From Fibrobacterales bacterium (GTDB lineage: Bacteria > Fibrobacterota > Fibrobacteria > Fibrobacterales > JAOPTW01): DNA of 64,000 bases. A program made the translations under genes and the position numbers. This document shows positions 29,337 to 39,029 of this stretch, piece after piece. The notes beneath the pieces are model-generated. The model had not been told where the DNA came from. It worked only from the letters and a program-made list of their open reading frames with translations, and ran no database searches. The DNA lies in the NCBI GenBank assembly GCA_051532055.1, contig JAOPTX010000057.1, forward strand, positions 1-64,000, in the 5' to 3' direction. How positions within the stretch are numbered: position 1 is the stretch's first letter; every line of letters begins with the position of its first letter.

Positions 29337-30266
29337 ATGAAACAGAGCATTCTTTGTCTGTACCTTGCTTCAATCTTTTTTACAATGAGCTGTAATTTAA
29401 TTATAGAAAGTGAGCCGAGCGAAAGTTCTAATCACTCGAGCTCATTTGCCCATACATCATCGGTAGTATCGGTATCGTCATCATCAGTATTGGTACCGAA
29501 TTCATCTGCTCAGCGTTCTTCTTCGTCCCTCTCTGTGTCTTCATCGATCTTTTCATCATCATCGTTCATCTCTTCTTCCTCTATACATACAAGCTCTTCA
29601 TCTTCATGGTCATCCTCATCCTGGGTTTCTTCATCATCTTTAAAATATGAAAAACCTCCATATATTCCTTTTATCGATGAACGTGATGGACAGTCATATC
29701 TCTCAATAGCAATTGGTGAGCAGATATGGATGGCAGAAAATCTTAATTATTCCGCAAATAATACGGTGGGCTTCTGTAGTGGTGAGACCACAACGGCACA
29801 TGCGCCAAATTGCGATTCCTACGGGAGGCTCTATGACTGGTACATTGCAATGGATAATGCACCGGAGAGTATAAAGAATCCGAGTATGGTTCAAGGCATC
29901 TGTCCGACGGGTTGGCATGTACCGAGTGATAGTGAATGGGATCAGCTTATGGAATATGTCGATGCGCACAATGGTTCAGAAGGAGTCGGTCAAAGTTTAA
30001 AAGCAACAACGCTCTGGTCATCACACTCAGCGGGTGGTGTCGGCACTGACCTCTTTGGTTTCTCAGCATTGCCCGGGGGATTTGGCGGTACCTATTCTAA
30101 AGGTGGGTACTATGATAGCCTTACCAACTATGGCATTCACTGGTCAACCAGTGTATCGGGGAGAAAGGTGTTACGCAGAGACTTCAGATATAGTGATCAT
30201 GCGCTTTCAATCGATTATAGTGAAAAATTGTGGATGGGATCGGTGAGGTGCGTTAAAGATCTTTGA
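29337..30266 (+). CDS. FISUMP domain lipoprotein with poly-Ser linker
   Basis: Lipobox TMSC, Ser tract, DERDGQSY..IGEQIWMAENLNY, YGRLYDW, QGICPTGWHVPS, SVRCVKD. Confidence 0.93.
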   Translation: MKQSILCLYLASIFFTMSCNLIIESEPSESSNHSSSFAHTSSVVSVSSSSVLVPNSSAQRSSSSLSVSSSIFSSSSFISSSSIHTSSSSSWSSSSWVSSSSLKYEKPPYIPFIDERDGQSYLSIAIGEQIWMAENLNYSANNTVGFCSGETTTAHAPNCDSYGRLYDWYIAMDNAPESIKNPSMVQGICPTGWHVPSDSEWDQLMEYVDAHNGSEGVGQSLKATTLWSSHSAGGVGTDLFGFSALPGGFGGTYSKGGYYDSLTNYGIHWSTSVSGRKVLRRDFRYSDHALSIDYSEKLWMGSVRCVKDL

Positions 30267-30401
30267 TTGAGTAACGAACACTTATAATGATTCAGGTACT
30301 GTTTTCACACAGAAAACAGTTGTCTGCTCGTAGGTACTATTACTCATTGATATAATTGCTGGATGAGCTATACTTAGTGCACACTTTTACAAAGGGACAC
30401 T

Positions 30402-31193
30402 ATGAAAACTCACTATTCTTTTTACCGAGTATTAACCGTTATTTTCTTGATCATTATAGGATGTGGAGAAGAAGAAACTCTCGCTCCCATTGCTGATGAT
30501 GTAGATGTAGGCTCAGCAGCTCATATTTTAAACAACAGCTCTTGGAACCTTGATATCATTGGGCAAAAGCCTCTTTATGCAACAACTGATTATGACACTC
30601 TGGTTAGTCAATATACTCAAGCTATTTTTAAAGCAGAAGAAGAGAATAGCTGCCAGATGTCTTGTCATAACTATGACACACTGTTATATGATACTAAAGC
30701 AATTAAAGAATGCAGTGGTGATCCAAAATGTGAAAGGACTGTATCATCGGAGTTATTCATCGCGGTGAAAAAAAGTATTTTTAACGACTCCAATCTTCGT
30801 TCTTTGTATAGTGATACTCTCAATTATGAATACTTAGATATTGAAAAAGGTTCTCTACTCAATACAATTAAAGGATCATATATGAATCCTCTTTTAACAT
30901 CTGATAATATCTCCGAAGAATGTGAAGAGAATGATCCCGGTAATCTATACTTCCCGGCCTGCGCAACATATTACAATATGTGTAACGGCAATGAGATTAA
31001 AAGCCTGAATATTGTAATCCTTAGATTCAATTCATCACCTGAGCGTTGCCTGATTTTTGATGAATCACTGTCAGAAGAGTTGTCGGATATTCGTTTTAAT
31101 GGGGATTATTCTATTGAAGACTATGATGGTAAGAGTATCTCTGTTTTCAATATTACTGACGCGCATTATGATGCCGCCACAGAGTGTGATTAG
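30402..31193 (+). CDS. Hypothetical Cys-rich lipoprotein
   Basis: Lipobox IIIGC; AAGGGA RBS; multiple paired Cys. Confidence 0.7.
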   Translation: MKTHYSFYRVLTVIFLIIIGCGEEETLAPIADDVDVGSAAHILNNSSWNLDIIGQKPLYATTDYDTLVSQYTQAIFKAEEENSCQMSCHNYDTLLYDTKAIKECSGDPKCERTVSSELFIAVKKSIFNDSNLRSLYSDTLNYEYLDIEKGSLLNTIKGSYMNPLLTSDNISEECEENDPGNLYFPACATYYNMCNGNEIKSLNIVILRFNSSPERCLIFDESLSEELSDIRFNGDYSIEDYDGKSISVFNITDAHYDAATECD

Positions 31194-31359
31194 ACACGCT
31201 TCTAATAGTACTCATTCCAAGTAGGGGAGTGTCGTAGGGTTCACTGTGAACGTTCAATACTCCCTTTTAAAATGAATGAGAATGTACTGGTGCCATCAGA
31301 AATCTTAGAATATCCCATTAGTCATTGCCAGTTCCAAACTAATTAGTTACTTTTATCCC

Positions 31360-31457
31360 GTTCTAGGCCCTACGCAATGACTATGAGGGTGGACTCCGCC
31401 AGGGCGAAAGCAGCAACGGGCGCGCTTATTTTTTATGTGCCGTAGCCAGCCTAGAAC
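31360..31457 (+). ncRNA. ffs: Small bacterial SRP RNA (4.5S)
   Basis: Terminal stem GTTCTAGGC/GCCTAGAAC, CGCAA, core CCGCCAGG-GC-GAAA-GC-AGCAACGG, TGTGCCG. Confidence 0.85.
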
Positions 31458-31522
31458 ACTTTTTTCTTTTGAATATCCCCATTACATCTTTAAGATCTAC
31501 TCAGTACTGCTATCACTGTATC

Positions 31523-32410
31523 TTATTTCGGATGCTTATGAGTGTTAGATTTACGTATTCTTGAAAGAGTATACCCAGCCTTTTTAAGCTGCTCTATAAT
31601 ACCCCTATAACCCAATAAATGACCAGCACCAACCACAACAAACCCAACTTGGTTTGTTTCGGCGACTTTGATAATGTTTTTACTCATAGAGTCATTTCGG
31701 CCATAAAAAAGAAGATCATACATTTTCTTATATGCAGGTATTTCGGCATCCATAAAGAGAAAATTTGAAAGGCCCAGTGAGTCACCGCTTTTCCAAGAGG
31801 TCATCAGCTGATTAACCAAGGCGAGGGCATTTCCACTACTTTTGAGTGTATAATCTATAAATGAGCTATCACTCCCAATGTCATCAAAGAGCTCTATCTG
31901 AAATTCCATAGATTCAAGTGGCAGTACCTTCCGCTTCTCTCGGTTTGATAAAAAGTGCATATCAATGCCCAAATTTGAATCAAACCCCATTTTTTGCATC
32001 ATGGCCATCATAACAACCTGACAGACATACCACGGTTTAAAAGGTTCAAACATTTGCATCTGTAACCCAACAGAATCCACCACATACTTCTCCAAAATGG
32101 AGTAATTCTCTACAGAAAGCGTATTTTTAAGCGTGGTACCCGCAGGATATTGAGCGTATTTTAACATAAGCGCTTGCGCTTCCATTGGCTTAATGGATGC
32201 CATATCAACCTCAACCACCAGAAGCTCCGACTTATTCCAAGCGTCAGTTACATAATCCGCCATAGGATAAAAACTAGTATCGGCAACATGAATCGACCCA
32301 AACAAATAGATCTCTTGAGAACCCTTAGTAGCCTTCCAGAGAAGAGGTGAGTTTGTACTACTAAAAACAGTTATGATGGTCAGTAGGAGTGTTATAATAA
32401 AAAGCTTCAT
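31523..32410 (-). CDS. TraB/GumN family protein
   Basis: LLWKA...YLFGSIH, GIDMHF, LESMEFQ, RN..M, FVVVGAGHLLG. Confidence 0.92.
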   Translation of the reverse strand: MKLFIITLLLTIITVFSSTNSPLLWKATKGSQEIYLFGSIHVADTSFYPMADYVTDAWNKSELLVVEVDMASIKPMEAQALMLKYAQYPAGTTLKNTLSVENYSILEKYVVDSVGLQMQMFEPFKPWYVCQVVMMAMMQKMGFDSNLGIDMHFLSNREKRKVLPLESMEFQIELFDDIGSDSSFIDYTLKSSGNALALVNQLMTSWKSGDSLGLSNFLFMDAEIPAYKKMYDLLFYGRNDSMSKNIIKVAETNQVGFVVVGAGHLLGYRGIIEQLKKAGYTLSRIRKSNTHKHPK

Positions 32411-32871
32411 TGTTCTCTAGCCGGTAATGAAATACTTATAGAATATACTAATCCCCACCAAATTTGAGGTTATGTTGTGTATCTCCTTCATTAGATAAAA
32501 AGGAAAAGAAGAGATACATTTGAAGAATCCACCGCCCGAACCATACGTGCGAAGCACACTATACATTACAACCGCGCCCTCCCCAAAAGTTAAAGATATT
32601 GGATGTACAGCCGCTCCTAAATAATAGAGCAAGGCTAAACGCCACCGAGGTGCATGATGACCATTAGGTTCTCAGCCATTGTGGAGCCAATACCCAAGCA
32701 ATGTGTACGGAGCAGTGCAGCCTGAACCAGATCTACAAAGCATTTGTAATGAGGCTTTCTGCAAGAATGCTTTTTGTCCAGTCTTTTGGGCACCCAAAAG
32801 GTCTGGCCTCGTTCGGGGGAGGACCCCCGAGAACTCTATCTAAAAAGAAAAGAGGAGAAAGGAGAACAAAA

Positions 32872-32903
32872 CAAAAAAAGCCAGTGTCAACAGACACTGG
32901 CTT
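32872..32903 (-). terminator. Intrinsic terminator of DUF1015 gene
   Basis: agccagtgtc-N4-gacactggct perfect stem, followed by T7 on the minus strand. Confidence 0.85.
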
Positions 32904-32931
32904 AAAAAACAAAAGAAAAAAGAGAGAAAAC

Positions 32932-34269
32932 TTATCTCACAATCTTCCGCGACTCAACATAAAACCTCTTCTCAGAAGCCTCACCAAGAGAAAATGATTT
33001 CCGAGGAAAAACACCTTCTTTAATAACGGTAGGGAAGAGCGAAGACTTCTCAACTTCAGGAAGAAGAATCCCCATGTTACCCTCTTTGTTACCAAGCTCA
33101 ACAGTCGTATCAATTCCATGAATATAATCAACAGTCGTCTTAGGGTTTTGGGCGAGAAATTCGTCCATAAAAAGTTGTACTGATCCAACATCAAGAGTGT
33201 GTTTTGGATTAAGGATGCTCACATATGCTTTTTTACTTGCAGTATTAAAAGCAAATTTATGATAGCCATTTTTTGCATTAATCGCAGAAACCATTGTTTC
33301 GGTATCGTTCACTTCAACAATCTCTACGTTGTAGAATTTTTTGAGTTGCGCAACAAATTTCTCTGGGTCAACATTAAAGAGGGTACGGTGAATCGCTTCA
33401 CAGGTAAGTCCTTCATCATAGACATTGTTGATTTCAACAAGTGCATAACGAGCAGGATGATTCATGAGCTCAGCGTCATTAGGGTTTTCAGCTTTAAGCT
33501 CTTCCCAAATAGTTTTTGCAGTAGCAAGTGAGTGGTTACCATCACCAACAGCAAAAAGGAGTGGATTATCACTTCCATATTTTAACTTATACTGTGCAGG
33601 GTCCGCAATTGCTTCAATGGCATCAGTAATTTGGTTAAGAGAATCTTCGTCAGATACCATCCATCCAGAGATATGACCAGCACCTTGCATAAGCTCAAAA
33701 TCATAGATCTTGTCAAATGAATCACGTTTTTCAAAGAGTGGCTCAACAATTGATCTCTTCGGGTCATCAATAAGAAAGAGGATATGAGGAAGTTCGATTG
33801 ATGCGTCTTGACGAACCATTTTTCGAGGAGGAATTCTGTCGAGGATAGTGCCTTCAGATGCACGAATCAGACTCGTAGAACCAACTGAAAAGTCATAATG
33901 TTCAAGATCAACATTAAAAAGGAGGCCTTTTTTACTCTCAACAAACTCAGTTTTGCGGTCAATAAGAATCGCACCAGGCTGTTTTTCTTCAAGAATATCA
34001 TCAGCAACATACTGTTTCATGTTTTTATTGATTGAATCAATAATCTCTTGAGTGCGGCCATCTTCGAGATACGCTTCAGGAAAAGTGATATTAAGTGTAG
34101 AAGGCGCATCGGCCACGACTTTCTCAACCCCAGTCCAATATTCACGTTGTGATGTGTATTGATCACAGGCAATAACAGCCCATTTTTGCATATCAACATC
34201 TGATTTAGGAAGTAAAATTTGAGGGACCTGGAGTCCAAGTTTTGCGAGTTTTTCCGCTCTATCTGCCAT
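32932..34269 (-). CDS. DUF1015 family protein
   Basis: KWAVIACDQYTS, LIRASEGTI..RIPPR, FAVGDGNHSLATAK, PRKSFSLGEA.EKRFY.E. Confidence 0.9.
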   Translation of the reverse strand: MADRAEKLAKLGLQVPQILLPKSDVDMQKWAVIACDQYTSQREYWTGVEKVVADAPSTLNITFPEAYLEDGRTQEIIDSINKNMKQYVADDILEEKQPGAILIDRKTEFVESKKGLLFNVDLEHYDFSVGSTSLIRASEGTILDRIPPRKMVRQDASIELPHILFLIDDPKRSIVEPLFEKRDSFDKIYDFELMQGAGHISGWMVSDEDSLNQITDAIEAIADPAQYKLKYGSDNPLLFAVGDGNHSLATAKTIWEELKAENPNDAELMNHPARYALVEINNVYDEGLTCEAIHRTLFNVDPEKFVAQLKKFYNVEIVEVNDTETMVSAINAKNGYHKFAFNTASKKAYVSILNPKHTLDVGSVQLFMDEFLAQNPKTTVDYIHGIDTTVELGNKEGNMGILLPEVEKSSLFPTVIKEGVFPRKSFSLGEASEKRFYVESRKIVR

Positions 34270-34403
34270 TATCTCTCCGGCTGAGTTGTTGGTTCGTTTG
34301 TGAAGAAAAGTAGAAAATTTGAAAGAGAATAATGAATCTAGTATTGATAAATAACTATTCTCAATCGGGTAGTGTTAAAAGGCTCCCATAATGAGGGCCT
34401 TGA

Positions 34404-35042
34404 CTATAGTTCTTGTCCAATAAATCCATAATCAACATGTTCACCAGGGAACTTCATTTGAAGCTTTGCAACGGTTTCGTAAAATTGTTGGAGTTCTTGA
34501 AATACCTCGGTACCCACCATCTCTTCAGCATCTTGTTCATTCTCCATATTGTAACTGAGAAAACTACCATCAGGAAAAATATACAGATAACAGTCCCAGT
34601 TAACTTCTTCGGAGGGTTCTAAATTGTCGAGGAGTAAGAGAGGTTTTGGAGAATAAATAGGAGGGTAATGACCATCAACCCAGATAAACCGGTTTCGATC
34701 GAGTAAGAAATACTCAAGAGCCATACAGTATTTGTCTTCGTGCATGGTTTCTATAAGTTCAATATTTTCAAGATCTTCTACAATAGGGTTGCGGAGGTCG
34801 TATGGGAGGACTATCTGATGATACTCAAATTTATGTGCATTTGAACCAACACGATCGAGCCATGATTTTGGTGGTGTTGGCTGTTTTTTAAGGAAGGTAC
34901 CCATGTTTTCTAAAATTTGGGGCATGAGAGAAGTGTACTTTTTTGACTCCTCTTTTGCGGTATTAATAGTATGGATAAGATTGTCAAGCACCTCTTCAGA
35001 TGAGTACTTGAGAGTATTTTCTTCTTGTTTTTCTTTGGTCAT
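34404..35042 (-). CDS. Hypothetical protein
   Basis: 212-aa ORF overlapping the stop of the upstream aspartoacylase. Confidence 0.75.
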   Translation of the reverse strand: MTKEKQEENTLKYSSEEVLDNLIHTINTAKEESKKYTSLMPQILENMGTFLKKQPTPPKSWLDRVGSNAHKFEYHQIVLPYDLRNPIVEDLENIELIETMHEDKYCMALEYFLLDRNRFIWVDGHYPPIYSPKPLLLLDNLEPSEEVNWDCYLYIFPDGSFLSYNMENEQDAEEMVGTEVFQELQQFYETVAKLQMKFPGEHVDYGFIGQEL

Positions 35043-35929
35043 TAAAAGATCTCTTGGGATTTTTGTGTTACGCTAAAGGCAATGCCTTTCTCATAGTATG
35101 CAAGTTCATTAATAAATACAGGATACACCGTTTCGGTTCCTTCATAGAGAAGTTCTTCTCCATCGAATGTAAGGAAAATAGGGTCACCTGGATGTAATGG
35201 TTGATAGTCCTTGCCTTGTAAATTGGGATGAATCATTGCGTTTGGTTCGTTCTGTTCATCTCTAGGAAAGTCTACATTGTATTGTTGGGTGTATATATCA
35301 ACACTCTGGGGTGTGTGTGACTCATTGTTATTAAGACTTTCAATGGCATCAAGTGCAGCATATACTACCTGTTCCGTCTCAAAATAGAGGTCGGCAATCA
35401 ATGAACCATGGGCTTGAGGGCCTGATTCAACACAAATATCACGTTGTGCTATGCTCGGGAGGTAGGGGCTATTTTCACTACCTTCGGCCATATAGTAAAT
35501 ATACACCAGTGGATTTGAAGAGAGTTTTGAAAGGATCTGTAAGAGTGCGGGATCTTTTTGACCAATAATCAGGGAGATTCCCATGTTAGCTGTTGTATTA
35601 TGAAGGTCAAGAATTATATCAGATGCGTGAGGAGAGCCTTTGGGCCCAAGTTCTGTGTTGATCTCTTTTGCTCTATGCTCTTCGGTGGTGATGAGGGAAG
35701 GGTCATTAAGGTCCGACTGTTTAAAACACCTGTTGAGATCTTTCTCTATGTATCTTCTGCAAGCCTTTATTGCGTCATGGTTTGCGAGGGTTGTTGTGGT
35801 GCAGAAGCTATCGCGTTCAATGAGTGTTGGGTTACGGTCCCATTTCTTAATAAGGTTGACACCGGTAAGTTCATTACCGTGTGTGCCGCCAACAATAGCG
35901 ATCTTAGTGAGAGGGGATAAATGGTCCAT
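35042..35929 (-). CDS. Aspartoacylase (AstE/AspA family)
   Basis: GGTHGNELTG, DLNRCF, DLHNTTANMG, E.GPQAHG, PVFINELAYYEK. Confidence 0.93.
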   Translation of the reverse strand: MDHLSPLTKIAIVGGTHGNELTGVNLIKKWDRNPTLIERDSFCTTTTLANHDAIKACRRYIEKDLNRCFKQSDLNDPSLITTEEHRAKEINTELGPKGSPHASDIILDLHNTTANMGISLIIGQKDPALLQILSKLSSNPLVYIYYMAEGSENSPYLPSIAQRDICVESGPQAHGSLIADLYFETEQVVYAALDAIESLNNNESHTPQSVDIYTQQYNVDFPRDEQNEPNAMIHPNLQGKDYQPLHPGDPIFLTFDGEELLYEGTETVYPVFINELAYYEKGIAFSVTQKSQEIF

Positions 35930-35997
35930 AGTCCAAAAAGTTCTATCTTATAAGGTAAATATATTATAATTTAAAATAAAACTGACCCCTACTCATA

Positions 35998-37011
35998 ATG
36001 AAGCCAAAAGATACCAACTTAAAAAAGAAGCATATTGACTTTTTTGCCAAAATGGCAATTGAAGCTTTTGAGGGTATGTTTGGAGTTGCTTTTCGTAAAA
36101 AAGGTCCTGTAGAGCACAAAGAAACCATAGAAATTCAATTCCCTATGATTTGTACGGTTGATTCCGTAGGGAGTATGGTACTCTCGTTCTTTATCTCTTT
36201 TGAAGAGAGAACAGCCCTTGGACTCCTTGGACTTCCAGGAGACTCATTTGAAGCCTTATCGTTAAATGATAAAAAACGAGTAATTGGCATGATTACCGAA
36301 ATGGGAAATGTTGTTATCGGTTCTACGCAAGGTTCACTTGAAAAAGAACATGGCACTCTGACTTTGGGACTTCCCACTTATTGGCGTGTCCATTCTCCAG
36401 AGGATTATTCCTTACCCTCCATTAGTAATTATTCACAACTCTTACATTCTAAAGCGGGCGATGTTGAAATTACTCTTGCCTTTGATTTTAGAGAACTTCA
36501 AATTGCAACCCAAAACAGACGATTGACCGAAGAGGCAACGGTTGATGAATTAACGAGCCTTTTAAATGTGCGTCAGTATAATTATGACATTAAAATGTTT
36601 ATTGAGAAGGGGAACGATGGATTTGGATTTTCTCTATTAATCTTAGATGTTGATAATTTTAAACAGCTCAATGACACCCATGGGCATAAGTATGGTGATA
36701 AAATACTCACTATGGTGGCCACTACCATTCAAAATTCAATCCGTTCCAATGATAAGTGTTATCGTTTTGGTGGTGATGAGTTTATTGTGCTCCTTTCTGG
36801 GGCTCAGCCTGAGCATGCATCGATGACGGCGCGCCGTATTTGCAGGAATTACCAACATCATATGAATAAAATGAATACTTCATCCCTCTCAATTGGGGCG
36901 GCTACTTTTGAAAAAGAGATGACTGCTGAAACCCTCTTTAAACGGGCTGATGATGCCATGTATGTTGCAAAGACTACTGATGGGAATACCTACGAAGCGT
37001 ACGATTCATAG
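35998..37011 (+). CDS. Diguanylate cyclase with N-terminal CheX/CheC-like domain
   Basis: EMGNVVIG...LGLP (CheX-type ExxN); DELTSLLN, DVDNFKQLNDTHGH..GD, RSND I-site, YRFGGDEF. Confidence 0.88.
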   Translation: MKPKDTNLKKKHIDFFAKMAIEAFEGMFGVAFRKKGPVEHKETIEIQFPMICTVDSVGSMVLSFFISFEERTALGLLGLPGDSFEALSLNDKKRVIGMITEMGNVVIGSTQGSLEKEHGTLTLGLPTYWRVHSPEDYSLPSISNYSQLLHSKAGDVEITLAFDFRELQIATQNRRLTEEATVDELTSLLNVRQYNYDIKMFIEKGNDGFGFSLLILDVDNFKQLNDTHGHKYGDKILTMVATTIQNSIRSNDKCYRFGGDEFIVLLSGAQPEHASMTARRICRNYQHHMNKMNTSSLSIGAATFEKEMTAETLFKRADDAMYVAKTTDGNTYEAYDS

Positions 37012-37101
37012 AGTTAATTCTCTGGTAACCGGCATTGTAACCTTGTTAAATCAATAAAATTTCGATAGTTTAACCCCTTTTTATCCCCCTCCTCGCATTA
37101 T

Positions 37102-38553
37102 ATGAGCTATTTTCTACCTTTTAGGGCTCTCAAAGGATTATGCGTGACTATTAAACAATTACAACAAAAGTACTCTCAAGTTTTTGTAGCGGGGCTTAAG
37201 GGCGATAGTGCTGTTGAAGCGTTTCGCGATCGTCGAAAAAGACAGTTAAAAGAGCTCAAGGGAGTTTCTTTTTTCTTTAGTGCCTCTCATGAGCCACACC
37301 ACGATACGGTGCACCTGATGAATGCGACACGTCTATTCCAGGAACCTTCAATCCTCTATCTTACAGGCATAAATCAACAAGGTATTGTGTTGATGCTCGA
37401 TCCGCAAGGGCGTTCTGAGAGTGAAATACTCTTTGTCGCACCGAAAGACCCAACAAAAGAGTTTTGGGATGGTGTACGTATTGGTATCATTGATAAGGTT
37501 TCCCCTAAAAAGTCCATTCAAGATATTGTCGATCTCGTTGGTATCACAAAGGTGAAGCCCCTATCGGATCTCGATAGCTGGATTAAAGAAAAAGCACGAA
37601 AAACAGATGTTTTTTATGCATTTCACCATACGTATCTTAATAAAAAGCGTATTACACGAAGAGAAGATCAAAATAGTGGGCAGGTGAAAGCATTAAAGAA
37701 AGCCATAAGAAGTGTTAATAAGGGTGCAGTGATTGAGTCATGTGCTGCAGAGCATTTTGCAGTGCGTAATGTCCATGATCAGTGGCAAGTTAAAGAGAGC
37801 AAGCGGGCACAAAAATTGACTCGTGATGCCTATCTCGCTTTTTTACCTCGGCTCCCTGCATTAAAAAGTGAGCATGAAGTTCGATTAGGGCTTGAGGGTT
37901 TACTGCAAGAAAAGTCTATTTATGGACTCTCATTCCCAACTATTGTTGCAAGCGGACAAAACGCCTGTGTACTCCATTACCAAAAATGTGACGCGCCTCT
38001 CGATAAAAAAGGGATGTTACTCCTTGATTTTGGAGTTCGATTTGGTACGCTCCATTCTGATATTTCTCGAACGATTCCTGCAAATGGGAAATTTAATCCC
38101 TTACAGAAGCTACTCTATGAAATAGTACTTGAGGCTCAATCGGTAAATGAAGCACTTATCAAGCCCGGTGCAATTATTCAAGATAATGACTGGAAAGTAT
38201 GGAGTTTTATCGAAAAAGAGCTTAATAGCCAGTTTTTTGCCAAGGGTGGCATTGCAAAACGAGAGTATACAACCAAACCTCATGGGGTGAGTCACCTCAT
38301 CGGTGAACAGTGTCATGAAGGTGACCCGTTCCGCCTCTATCAGGTAGAGCCACTTCGAGAGGGAATGTTGCTCTCAAATGAGCCCGGTTTGTACGGCTAT
38401 TTTGAGATGAAAATTGACGGACGCCTCTATAAAGAGTATATTGGCATACGAATTGAAGATGACATCTATGTAACAAAAAATGGATGTGATAATTTGTCAA
38501 AATCTATCCCAAAAACGGTAGATGAGATTGAATCACTAATGAAAAAGGTGTGA
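37102..38553 (+). CDS. pepP: Xaa-Pro aminopeptidase (M24B)
   Basis: YLTG, EFWDG.R.G, IVASGQNACVLHY, LDFG...SDISRT, HGVSHLIG...H, NEPGLY, GIRIEDD; start may be GTG 37144. Confidence 0.88.
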   Translation: MSYFLPFRALKGLCVTIKQLQQKYSQVFVAGLKGDSAVEAFRDRRKRQLKELKGVSFFFSASHEPHHDTVHLMNATRLFQEPSILYLTGINQQGIVLMLDPQGRSESEILFVAPKDPTKEFWDGVRIGIIDKVSPKKSIQDIVDLVGITKVKPLSDLDSWIKEKARKTDVFYAFHHTYLNKKRITRREDQNSGQVKALKKAIRSVNKGAVIESCAAEHFAVRNVHDQWQVKESKRAQKLTRDAYLAFLPRLPALKSEHEVRLGLEGLLQEKSIYGLSFPTIVASGQNACVLHYQKCDAPLDKKGMLLLDFGVRFGTLHSDISRTIPANGKFNPLQKLLYEIVLEAQSVNEALIKPGAIIQDNDWKVWSFIEKELNSQFFAKGGIAKREYTTKPHGVSHLIGEQCHEGDPFRLYQVEPLREGMLLSNEPGLYGYFEMKIDGRLYKEYIGIRIEDDIYVTKNGCDNLSKSIPKTVDEIESLMKKV

Positions 38554-38557
38554 AATA

Positions 38558-39025
38558 ATGAGTGATAAAGAAGAAATAGACGATATAGAAGAAATTGACG
38601 GAATAGACGAACTCGATGCTGCTGCAGAGAGTGAGGCAGTCGAAGAAGTTGTTGTAGTTGAACCTGCAGAACGAGACTATAGTCAACGGAAATTGCTCGC
38701 AATCGAACCAGATGATCAAAAAATTGCAAAACTCGAAACAGTTCTTGGTGAAATTCTTCCTGGCGCCGCAGTCACTCTTGTCGATGATTGTGACGAAGCG
38801 ATGGAAATCTCTGATGATAATAATTTCGATACCGTAGTTATTGATCTTCAATATGAAGAGTTTAGCTCTCATGAATTTGTAAAAATGGTCAATAATGATG
38901 CTGAGATTCTTCTCGTATCATTTAAAGTCGATAATGTTGATATGGTAGATTTTCAAAATAGATTTAAATTGGAACCTCTCCGTAAAATATTCGACAACGC
39001 CAAAAACGCTAAAATAAAGATTTAA
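38558..39025 (+). CDS. Acidic protein with degenerate receiver-like domain
   Basis: Acidic N-terminus, then LLAIEPDD...FDTVVIDL; lies between pepP and trpB. Confidence 0.6.
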   Translation: MSDKEEIDDIEEIDGIDELDAAAESEAVEEVVVVEPAERDYSQRKLLAIEPDDQKIAKLETVLGEILPGAAVTLVDDCDEAMEISDDNNFDTVVIDLQYEEFSSHEFVKMVNNDAEILLVSFKVDNVDMVDFQNRFKLEPLRKIFDNAKNAKIKI

Positions 39026-39029
39026 TGCT

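Noticed and set aside
29420..29640. tca/tct low-complexity tract as a DNA repeat element
   Set aside because: It encodes the poly-Ser linker typical of these lipoproteins.
32530..32560. Minus-strand ttcgcacgtatggttc resembles the 3' half of group II intron domain V
   Set aside because: The 5' half (GAGCCG...) and an intron ORF are absent, so it is probably coincidental.
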